Below the pieces are notes generated by a model. The model saw nothing but the letters and a program-made list of their open reading frames with translations. It was not told the origin of the DNA and did not search any database. 64,000 bases of DNA from Tetramitus jugosus (Eukaryota; Protista; Heterolobosea): contig OW569350.1 of NCBI GenBank assembly GCA_937625935.1, positions 62,001-126,000 on the forward strand, read 5' to 3'. The translations under genes and the position numbers were made by a program. Each line of letters begins with the position of its first letter. Positions within the stretch are counted from its first letter, which is position 1. This document shows, one piece after another, positions 47,134-55,461 of this stretch.

Positions 47134-47307
47134 CGGCGTTTTTTTTTGATCAATTGATCAATTTTTTTTTTTTTTTTTTTTTTGTTCCATACAACCATGT
47201 GTGCTTGCTGCGCAAGCACACGATTGCTCATTTATTGACTTGTTTTGTGAGTGACGACCCGTAGGGCGTCATTCACTCTTCTTCTCTTGTTGTCCCCGAC
47301 GGTGCAT

Positions 47308-48474
47308 CTACAGGTTGGAAGAATCACTCTGGTGAGTGGTTTGGTTGATGCCCTTCATCAAAGAGCGTAACCTTGTAGTAGGACCGTCGATGGACACAGA
47401 GCCATCTGTTGTTGTTTTCTTGTTTTGGGCCTTGTTGCTCATCAGATCACCCAGTGTGATCCTAGCACTCCTCTTCTTGTTGTCATTGAGTTGTGGGTTC
47501 TGAATCTCCTTTTCGGAGTCATCATCCACATCCACAATGACTGGTTCGTCCTCAGTCAAACCATACCTTTTGTGTGCAGCAGCAAGTGCCAATGCAGCAA
47601 TTTCCTTTTTCACTTTGGCGAACACTGGAGAAGTGGCATTCACTTGCTCCAGAATTTGCCGGTTCTCAGCACTGAGCTGTACAACAGGCACTGATGGCAG
47701 TGGTGTTGCTACAGTCCTCTGTTCTTCTGCCTCCACTAGCTCAGGAGTAGTCTCCATCCTAGCAGTGGCTTGGGCAACTTCTTGCTCCGGCATTGGAACC
47801 GGTTTGTTGCCCCCTTGACCCTTTGTCTTTCCCAATTCCTTGGTGAGTTCTGTGACCTGTCGACGCAGTGCGTCAACCACCGTCAGCAGCTCCTCGTACA
47901 TCTTCGTCAACCTCTTGTTGACAGCCTTGAGAGGATCATGTGGTCTCTCGACGTATCGAGTGACCGTGGCCTTGACCTTGTTCTCTCCACTGAGCACTGC
48001 CCGTGCATAGGTTTCATCACCCATGACCACGAAAGCAGTGTCACGCTTCTTGAGCACACTGGTAACCTTCTCAGGCCCCAGTAGCTTCTTGATGTCGTCC
48101 ACTGACATGTTCTTCATGCCATGGACGACCACCTTTCTTGTGCAATCAACACTGCGCTTGGGTGCAGCAGTGCTGTTGCCAATCCTCCTCTCTTTGTTGA
48201 ACAACTCAACAAAGTCATAGATGCGGTCACCCTTGACCGTCACCCATGCAACAAAGCGTTGCTGGCCTTTCCTCTTGATGACCTGGACTCGGTTGAGCCA
48301 GTCACCAAACTCCTCTCCTATCTTTCTTGCCAAAGATGACTGAGAGACACCATTACCGTTGCCAGTAATGACGACCTCTCTGTCACTTGGCCTAGAGCCT
48401 TTCCGTGCAGTGGTCCACACTGCATAACGGCTGTTGCCGTATTCCTTCACCAAATTTGTTGAATCACCAGACAT
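47308..48474 (-). CDS. Unit E ORF: intact RRM-RRM-coiled-coil protein (element 47162-48495)
   Basis: 388 aa. RNP2/RNP1-like KVVVHGM...KRDTAFVVM.DETYARAVL, followed by a heptad coiled coil. Uninterrupted T22 tail at 47162-47183. Flanked by a GATCAATTGATCAA direct repeat (47148-47161 / 48501-48514). Confidence 0.88.
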   Translation of the reverse strand: MSGDSTNLVKEYGNSRYAVWTTARKGSRPSDREVVITGNGNGVSQSSLARKIGEEFGDWLNRVQVIKRKGQQRFVAWVTVKGDRIYDFVELFNKERRIGNSTAAPKRSVDCTRKVVVHGMKNMSVDDIKKLLGPEKVTSVLKKRDTAFVVMGDETYARAVLSGENKVKATVTRYVERPHDPLKAVNKRLTKMYEELLTVVDALRRQVTELTKELGKTKGQGGNKPVPMPEQEVAQATARMETTPELVEAEEQRTVATPLPSVPVVQLSAENRQILEQVNATSPVFAKVKKEIAALALAAAHKRYGLTEDEPVIVDVDDDSEKEIQNPQLNDNKKRSARITLGDLMSNKAQNKKTTTDGSVSIDGPTTRLRSLMKGINQTTHQSDSSNL

Positions 48475-48495
48475 GTGATTCCGTTTTTTTCTGCG

Positions 48496-48517
48496 TTTTT
48501 GATCAATTGATCAAAAA
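48496..48517. repeat. Perfect 22-bp palindrome TTTTTGATCAATTGATCAAAAA, putative insertion target
   Basis: Read directly. Its core recurs at the unit junctions; it lies 26-47 bp upstream of the tRNA-Tyr +1. Confidence 0.85.
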
Positions 48518-48542
48518 TCAAGTCGAAGTATCGAAAATATCT

Positions 48543-48615
48543 CCTCTGATAGCTCAGATGGTAGAGCATGAGACTGTAGATCTTGTGGTCGCGTGTTCGA
48601 GTCACGCTCGGAGGA
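48543..48615 (+). tRNA. tRNA-Tyr(GTA), intronless
   Basis: Acceptor CCTCTGA/TCGGAGG with C1-G72 and A73 (eukaryotic Tyr identity), D arm GCTC/GAGC, anticodon loop CT GTA GA, T arm GCGTG-TTCGAGT-CACGC. T5 terminator at 48618-48622. Confidence 0.93.
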
Positions 48616-48757
48616 ACTTTTTGGTTTTGTCTTGCTGACTGGAACTCCTTGTTCCATAAACGACTCTAAAAATAAGTTCGAGATCTGTGAAAAACAAGTT
48701 CTAGGTGCTCGGTCAAAATCCAATCACATTACTACCTTTTTTACAACAAAGCAAGAC

Positions 48758-49471
48758 ATGTCTCAACCACCACCATACGGCACAGGAGCACCACCCATGT
48801 ACTACAACCAACAACCACCTCAACAGCAGCCTTACGGAGTTGTTCCTCAACCACAACAACAACAGTATGGCGCACCACCTCCATCCACTGGCATGTACGG
48901 AGGCATTCAACAACAGCCCATGATGCCTCCACAACAACAGATGCCACCTTATGGAACGGGCCCTGCTTATGGTGGTCAGCCACCTTCAAGCTATCCACCA
49001 TCCACCGGTTATCCACCTCAACAACCATATGGCCATGGTGCTCCTCCTGCGTATGGTAGTGTGGCTCAACCACCAGTCGCTCAGCCTCAGCCACTGTACC
49101 CATCTCAAATTCCACAGTTTGTCTGGGTGTATCAAGCCTCTGATTTTTCCTTTGTACCCTTTAGTCAGCAAGCATCGGACTTGTTGGAGCAAACTTATCG
49201 AACCAATTCAACTGGAAGTGTTCAAGTGCCTGTTCCCGGTGCCATCTCTTCTCAACGCGTGATACACATTGATCTGAGCAGAAGAATGTTTTCTGATGAC
49301 AGAGGTAACGATCGATTTATTGCTAGAATCGACATGGCATTGTTCACTACTGGTCAACTCAATGAATCATCCATTGTCTCTATTCAGCAACCAATCAAGG
49401 TCAAGAAGTCAAAGAAGGATAAGAAGGACAAGGACAAGAAGAAGGACAAGAAAGATAAGCATCACTACTAA
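48758..49471 (+). CDS. P/Q/Y/G-rich protein with WWE-like domain and polybasic KKDK tail
   Basis: Repeated PPYG motifs. VWVYQ.....FVPFS...SDLLEQTY.......V.V.......IHIDL..........RFIAR matches the WWE pattern. Confidence 0.7.
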   Translation: MSQPPPYGTGAPPMYYNQQPPQQQPYGVVPQPQQQQYGAPPPSTGMYGGIQQQPMMPPQQQMPPYGTGPAYGGQPPSSYPPSTGYPPQQPYGHGAPPAYGSVAQPPVAQPQPLYPSQIPQFVWVYQASDFSFVPFSQQASDLLEQTYRTNSTGSVQVPVPGAISSQRVIHIDLSRRMFSDDRGNDRFIARIDMALFTTGQLNESSIVSIQQPIKVKKSKKDKKDKDKKKDKKDKHHY

Positions 49472-49558
49472 GCTGAATACTCTGACAGTTTGCACATGTT
49501 TTCACAAGAACTCTTGTGCTGGTAATAAATTCTTCGAATTTTCTTCACACAAAAAAAC

Positions 49559-50782
49559 ATGATTATCATCAGACAAGGAACACATGCCATTCAAAAGGCA
49601 ACACGCAACATCAGAGTGAACAATCAGTTTTCATCATCACTCTCCACCTTGTCGTCAAACTATGGTCGTCGATCCTTGTCATCGTCGATAATCATGCCAC
49701 CGTCATCTGACATCATTACTCCACCACCAATGTTGATCCCTCAGGAAATCATGCAAAGAATTCCAAAGGCCGAATTGCATCGACATTTGGATGGAAGTTT
49801 GCGCTTGGAGACCATTCTTGATTTGGCGAACCGCCAAAATCTGTCCTTTCCCGCCAAAACATTGGATGAACTACGGTCGTTGATTGTGGTGCCAGAGCAC
49901 TGTCAATCATTGGTAGAGTACTTGAGAGCGTTTGAATATACGATTGCAGTGTCTCAGACAGAGTATGCACAGACACGTATCATGCATGAAGTGTGTGAAG
50001 ATGCAGTATTGGATGGCGTAAGCTATTTAGAGGTGAGATTTGCTCCTAATTTGCACACGATGAACGGATTGACGCCCAGTAAGGTGTTGGAGTCTGTTAT
50101 TCTGGGAGCTCGAATGGCTGAGCAAGCGTTCAAGGGCTTCCATGCACGAATCATCGTGTGTGGAATACGATCTGACGATGTCTCTGTTGTGAATGATATG
50201 GCCCGAGTGGCAGTTCAGTACAAGAATCAAGGTGTCGTTGCGTTTGATATCGCAGGACCAGAACTCGGTTTTGTTCCATCAAAGTTCAAAGATGCCTTCT
50301 CGCTCGTGCACGAAGAGCTATTGAGCTCGACGATTCATGCAGGTGAAGCAGCCGATCACCAGTATGTGCACGAGGCACTTCACGTCTGTAGAGCCATGAG
50401 AATCGGTCATGGTGTCAATATGAAGAATGATCCTTCATTGATCCAATTTGCATTCGAGAGACAGATTCCGATTGAGATGTGTCTCACGAGCAACTTGCAA
50501 ACCAAAGCTGTGAGTCATTATTCTGAGCATCCATTGCCAGACTTTTTCCGTCGGGGATTGATGGTCGTTCCATGTACAGATAACACACTGATGAGTAATA
50601 TTACCTTGAGTCAGGAGTACATGAAGATTCAAGAACTGTTCCTCTTCAACAAGACAGAATTGCTTCAGCTGGTGGATAATTCGTTTAGAGCTGCGTTTAC
50701 TCACGACGAGTTGAAGCAAGAGCTGCGAGAAAAGGCTCAACAAGTTGCAAAAGAGTTATTATTCGATCATGCTGTCCTGTAA
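49559..50782 (+). CDS. ADA: Adenosine deaminase
   Basis: PKAELHRHLDGSLR, DGVSYLEVRFAP, FDIAGPE, TIHAGEA, RIGHG, EMCLTSN, TDN. Metal ligands appear intact. Confidence 0.92.
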   Translation: MIIIRQGTHAIQKATRNIRVNNQFSSSLSTLSSNYGRRSLSSSIIMPPSSDIITPPPMLIPQEIMQRIPKAELHRHLDGSLRLETILDLANRQNLSFPAKTLDELRSLIVVPEHCQSLVEYLRAFEYTIAVSQTEYAQTRIMHEVCEDAVLDGVSYLEVRFAPNLHTMNGLTPSKVLESVILGARMAEQAFKGFHARIIVCGIRSDDVSVVNDMARVAVQYKNQGVVAFDIAGPELGFVPSKFKDAFSLVHEELLSSTIHAGEAADHQYVHEALHVCRAMRIGHGVNMKNDPSLIQFAFERQIPIEMCLTSNLQTKAVSHYSEHPLPDFFRRGLMVVPCTDNTLMSNITLSQEYMKIQELFLFNKTELLQLVDNSFRAAFTHDELKQELREKAQQVAKELLFDHAVL

Positions 50783-50870
50783 ATAAAGTCAGTACATTGG
50801 CAATGGTTGCTCGAAATTGCATCACTTGCGCATCAAACATTTGGTTCCATCAAAAGAACTCGATAATCAC

Positions 50871-52226
50871 ATGCAAGAAGAAAAACTGATTGCCTCACTC
50901 AAGTTAAAAGTGTCATGCTTGGAGAGGAGTATGAAAAGTGAATTGGCCAAACAAAAGGCTAACAGATTGACAACAACCATTGAAGTTTTGCAAGAACTGT
51001 TATTGCTGCAAGAAGAACAACCAGAACAAACAGAGAGAGCAATCATAGAAAAAAATTGGGATGAAAACAACAGAAGAGATATATTGAACTTGTGCTTTCA
51101 GCTCTCTCAAAAACATGCACCAACAGAAGTTTTTTCTCACGCTGTGTCCCCAATCTCATGCGATGATGTGACAACCAAGACTGAGAATACTAGTGTTGAT
51201 CAACAAACGAGTCAGAGCATTGAAAGCAAGCAGAGCAACAACAAGCCAAAAACCAAAGGCAAGAAACAACCCAAAGACAAGAAAGCTGCCGCATCAGAGG
51301 ATATTGAATATCGGACACTTTATCAATCCATTATAACCGATGCACAGCTACCATTCAAATACATTGCTGTGCGTTGTATTGAAAAAACAATGCTCAACAG
51401 CAAAGTTGTACGATTGAGGCTGAGAATTGAGGATGAGTCGATTCCCTTTATTTACCGTGGTGGTCAATACATTCATTTGACTCGTGCTAGCGATGGGTTA
51501 ACTCGGCGCTACTCGCTTGCCAGTTGTCCTGGAGAGGAGTGCGACGGGAGAACACTTGAAATACAGGTACGTGTCGTAGCCAACGGTTTAATGACCAACT
51601 GGCTGGTCAATACGGACGAATATGTGGACGACAATAGTGATACACATCACCTCCTCATATCGGGTCCAGATGGAACTGGATACTATAGAGAGCCACCACT
51701 GGTGGATTATGGTCTACCATTTTTATATGATGGACATGATGATACTTCACTAACTGCTTCAAAAGCAAAGTCTCCGCACCGAATCATCATGGTTGGTGTT
51801 GGCACAGGGCTGTCTCCACTTTGGGCCATCATGAGAGAAGCTCTTCTCATTCATCAAAATCGGAATAGTCACATCCATCTGTTCCATCTTAATTTATCAA
51901 TGGATACAGCGTACTATGTGCAGGAACTCAGAGCATATGAATCCAAGTTCAACAACTTCCACTATTATCCATGTGTCAAGCTTGAGAATGGAGATATTGA
52001 GAACGCATATCCAGAACACAACTATGCAATCACAAATAACCGAGTGTACGTGCTCACCAAAGGTGCAACATTCCAGACAGTCACGAATCACTTGTTTGAT
52101 AATCAATATGACAATAGTGATATTTATCTGTGCGGTTTGGACAAGAGAATGCAGAATGTGGAGCGAGATCTGATATCCATGGGTGCTGATCCAAAGCGAA
52201 TATTTAGAGATCGGTTCTGGAAGTGA
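50871..52226 (+). CDS. FNR-like FAD/NAD(P)-binding oxidoreductase with N-terminal extension
   Basis: Y.GGQYI.L, RRYSLAS, G.MTNWL, ISGPDG, VGVGTGLSP, IYLCG, IFRDRF. Confidence 0.85.
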   Translation: MQEEKLIASLKLKVSCLERSMKSELAKQKANRLTTTIEVLQELLLLQEEQPEQTERAIIEKNWDENNRRDILNLCFQLSQKHAPTEVFSHAVSPISCDDVTTKTENTSVDQQTSQSIESKQSNNKPKTKGKKQPKDKKAAASEDIEYRTLYQSIITDAQLPFKYIAVRCIEKTMLNSKVVRLRLRIEDESIPFIYRGGQYIHLTRASDGLTRRYSLASCPGEECDGRTLEIQVRVVANGLMTNWLVNTDEYVDDNSDTHHLLISGPDGTGYYREPPLVDYGLPFLYDGHDDTSLTASKAKSPHRIIMVGVGTGLSPLWAIMREALLIHQNRNSHIHLFHLNLSMDTAYYVQELRAYESKFNNFHYYPCVKLENGDIENAYPEHNYAITNNRVYVLTKGATFQTVTNHLFDNQYDNSDIYLCGLDKRMQNVERDLISMGADPKRIFRDRFWK

Positions 52227-52572
52227 AGGATGAGGGCCTTATTTTTCCTCAGATATCTTTCACTTGAGTTCCAAAGCACTTCCCGCGGAGTCGGATTTTT
52301 GTTTCGAATCTTTGACCGTTGAAGGAGGCGGCAAATAAGAGGCCAAAAAAAGAGCTGCATAAAACGTATCTGTTGTTTCGAAAAGAAAACCCAGTGCAGA
52401 TCCCATTCAAAGTAACCGCGCATCTTGTCGTAATATCACCACAACTCTCTTCAAATTTTGTTCTTCAGTGAGCCCTCACACTGTTCACACACATAAGTTA
52501 TTCGTAAATAAGGTAGCCATCATCCAAGTAATAATACTAATCATAAAATACTAAATAATAATAATAGTAAGA

Positions 52573-55461
52573 ATGCCTTCATCAGCAAACAAGATCGTGA
52601 TATGGACCAGTGACCACAACAAACTGTTCAAGAATGTGTGCAAGAAGGGACCCAACAGCAGCCTCGCGGACCAACTGACAGAAGTCGCCACACTACTCGA
52701 CAGTGAATTCACTTTTCAATTTGACAAATCATCCACTTATTCCTCTCTATTCACAATCACACAACCCAGTTCACCATCCTCCACTTCACCACTCTCTGCC
52801 GTTACTACTAACAACAACAACAACAACAACAATCCTCTTGGCAAGAGTCCTAGCTCTCCTCCTCAATCATCCAACAGTAGCAACAATTCTGCATTTTTGG
52901 GATTGAGTTCACCATTTTCAGCTTCTTCCTCTGCATCTTCTTCCTCGTCATCACTGTTTCAAGGCAGTAACAATGACTCTGCTCTGATTCAATCCTCACA
53001 ACAAGAGAAGAGAAAACGGTTACAGGCAACACTCTTGTTCTTGGATGTGTGGAGGCACTTGTTGTCCATTATTGAATCTGTTTCATATACGGAGAGAAAG
53101 CTCTTGTTTCGAGTGATTGTCGGTTTAATGAAGAGAAGAGAGTTTGATGTCATTCATTTCAAATCGTCCAACATGTACCCTGATTTATCGAGCAATACTC
53201 CACCACAACAGACACTAACAATTCCACCAGCGACAGGTGGTCGTAATCGAAGCAACAGTGGTCAGAGTGGTTTCAGTGGACTCAAGCGATCAAAACCCAT
53301 CTCCATTGGCACAGGTGACCCATCAATATCACCAAGAGAAGGAACGAGCACTCTATCTAGTTTGTTTAGTGTGTTTGGAAACTCGAGTTCAGCATCCAAT
53401 GAGAGCATGAACGACAAGTTGGAAAATCAAGTGTTGCGACAATTCTTGGAGCTTTCATACAAGACACAAGAGTATGTGATCAAGAATGTGTTGAGCTCTA
53501 AGCAACATGATGCCATCTATGAAGAATTGTATCAATTCTGTGCTCAAGTCTTGGCCATCAATTGCTTCCGATTGTTTTCTCCTAGAGACACTCAATTCTT
53601 TGTAGAGGCGTTGTGTTTCAAGAGCTTTAACGCAAAGTTTGTCTCTTCTGAGTCTCATGACACCATACGGAGAAATGTCGATGGCGATGAAACAAGACAA
53701 ATCAGTTTAACATACACACCGTCCACTGAGTCATTCCGTTCACTACTCAAGAACAAGAAACAACAAGTGATGAACCGTTCTCTGAGTACGAGTGGTGTCA
53801 ACAGTGAAGAGACAGAAGAGTCAAAGCACATTGTGAATCGGTTGTTCCGATGCTATCGTGTCTTCTTCACCAATGAACTTCAGTCGATACGACGAGTGCT
53901 GACAGATGATGAGAAGAGTAACCTAATAATGGCAGTTCAATCTGCTCAGACATACCTACCAAGATTCGGTAGTAGCCACCTTTTCTTCTTCACCTTCTTT
54001 ACCGAATTTGTAAGACAGATTAGTCGCTTGATGAGCACTGAAACTGTGGATTATTGGCAATATGCACCTGGATATAAGCTCATTTTGGGACACTATGTTG
54101 AAATTGCTGTTCAGAACGTGAAGAACTACATGAAGAAGGATCTATACCCCGAACCAACATCAAACTATGGAAAAAGTTCCTCCAATTGGATTGGTTGCTC
54201 ATTCATTGCCATGAAAAATCCAGTGTTCTTAAATGTGTTGATGGAACTGGTGTTCAAGTATACGAGTGCATATAATTTGGATCAAGTCTTCTTCAGTTTG
54301 GTCTGGGTGGAGAGCTGGTTCAGAGAACTCAGTGTTCTCCAGCACAGCTTCCAACAATTTTTGCTCAACAATCACAGGTTACGCGAGCGATATCTCCAGG
54401 CACCTGATGGTACCAAGAACAAGATTGAAATATTTATTGGAGAATTGCCACCAAACTTTGATTATGATTTCTTTGAACGAGCTATTGATGCACTTCTCTC
54501 GACGCACCATTTCCAAATCATCACTCGAACACTCATTTTCTTGTATGAGGTGATGGATCTATTTAATGGCAAGGAACGATTGAAGCTCATTTATGAGTTC
54601 TTATTGAAGAAGCACTTCTTCTCGCTATTCTTGCACTGGAGTGAAGACGCTCGAGCGTGCTTCCATCGAATCCTGACATACAAGGTACAAAGGTATTCAA
54701 GAAGTGATTTTATCAATAATTCGCTGCCGAAACCAAAGTCATCAAACAAGCTTCCAGCAAGGAATGACAATTCATCATCAGTGCTCACTCAACCAATTTC
54801 TCTCCCTCAAGCATCACAACAACCGTCTGATCCATCATCTGACTCTGGAGAAAGACCAAGAAGAACTTCAATGTCTGGACCGCGACCAGTCGTGACAGAG
54901 GAGACAAACTATCATCACCAAGATGGTGGTCGTCACTCTCTTGATCTCCCATCTCGTCATCGACCGCTCACTGAGGAGACCATGTCAGCTCCAAAGAGCA
55001 AATTATCACTATGGCAGAGAGTTAGTCTTCGAAAGTCCAACAAAGAACCTAAAAAGAAAGTGTCTCAACAAACACTTCTGGATGAGCACTTGTCGTCAGA
55101 GTTTCAACGAACGGAAGAATCCATTGATATGGTGCTAAAGTCCAAAGCAGACTCTTATATCTCAGTGCTCTCCTCCTATGCAGACCAAGAACGAAATGCA
55201 CAATCAGTGGACTGTCAATTTTTTGCTGCAAACGGTCTACAGGTTCCCATGGAGCTCGTCAACTACATACCAAAAGCACTAGAGCAATATTCAAAGATTG
55301 AGAAGGAGAGTGCTCTGTGGCGCCAGAATACAACACAACACTTGATGGAACGTGAGAAGAAAATGGCCCAAACAGGACAGAGTGTATATTTGCGGCGAGT
55401 GCCCTATCCTCGCATCTCCTTCCCAAAGTTTGTGCTCAAATCCGACAACAGCAATGTGTAA
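52573..55461 (+). CDS. DUF1765-like domain protein
   Basis: LPPNFDYDFF..AI..LL...H......TL.FLY and FFSLFLHWS..AR..FHRIL.Y match the DUF1765 pattern as recalled. Confidence 0.7.
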   Translation: MPSSANKIVIWTSDHNKLFKNVCKKGPNSSLADQLTEVATLLDSEFTFQFDKSSTYSSLFTITQPSSPSSTSPLSAVTTNNNNNNNNPLGKSPSSPPQSSNSSNNSAFLGLSSPFSASSSASSSSSSLFQGSNNDSALIQSSQQEKRKRLQATLLFLDVWRHLLSIIESVSYTERKLLFRVIVGLMKRREFDVIHFKSSNMYPDLSSNTPPQQTLTIPPATGGRNRSNSGQSGFSGLKRSKPISIGTGDPSISPREGTSTLSSLFSVFGNSSSASNESMNDKLENQVLRQFLELSYKTQEYVIKNVLSSKQHDAIYEELYQFCAQVLAINCFRLFSPRDTQFFVEALCFKSFNAKFVSSESHDTIRRNVDGDETRQISLTYTPSTESFRSLLKNKKQQVMNRSLSTSGVNSEETEESKHIVNRLFRCYRVFFTNELQSIRRVLTDDEKSNLIMAVQSAQTYLPRFGSSHLFFFTFFTEFVRQISRLMSTETVDYWQYAPGYKLILGHYVEIAVQNVKNYMKKDLYPEPTSNYGKSSSNWIGCSFIAMKNPVFLNVLMELVFKYTSAYNLDQVFFSLVWVESWFRELSVLQHSFQQFLLNNHRLRERYLQAPDGTKNKIEIFIGELPPNFDYDFFERAIDALLSTHHFQIITRTLIFLYEVMDLFNGKERLKLIYEFLLKKHFFSLFLHWSEDARACFHRILTYKVQRYSRSDFINNSLPKPKSSNKLPARNDNSSSVLTQPISLPQASQQPSDPSSDSGERPRRTSMSGPRPVVTEETNYHHQDGGRHSLDLPSRHRPLTEETMSAPKSKLSLWQRVSLRKSNKEPKKKVSQQTLLDEHLSSEFQRTEESIDMVLKSKADSYISVLSSYADQERNAQSVDCQFFAANGLQVPMELVNYIPKALEQYSKIEKESALWRQNTTQHLMEREKKMAQTGQSVYLRRVPYPRISFPKFVLKSDNSNV

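Larger units (their letters stand above)
43444..48517 (-). mobile_element. Head-to-tail array of ORF1-like-only poly(A) retroposon-like units upstream of tRNA-Tyr
   Basis: Five units end (minus strand) in AATAAA...GTTGTAT..poly(A). Units are separated by GATCAATTGATC copies at 44516, 44623 (partial), 45744, 47148 and 48501. Paralogous ORFs are present. Confidence 0.8.

Noticed and set aside
43705-48339. Plus-strand ORFs over the array (e.g. 46046-46879, 46546-47157)
   Set aside because: These are antisense shadows of the minus-strand ORFs and show no independent motifs.
43444-48517. CRISPR array or integron cassette array
   Set aside because: The repeats are only 12-14 bp, and the intervening units are kb-sized paralogues with poly(A) tails. 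No cas or tyrosine-recombinase gene is visible and the context is eukaryotic. Retroposition explains the junctions better.
43444-48517. Simple tandem gene duplication by unequal crossover
   Set aside because: Adjacent units are not each other's closest relatives (divergent D sits between C and E), the 3' UTRs differ, and unit boundaries coincide with poly(A) tails and a 5'-truncated copy.
48593-48757. N-terminal extension of ORF 48593-49471 overlapping the tRNA
   Set aside because: It begins at a non-ATG codon inside tRNA-Tyr. The plausible start is the ATG at 48758.
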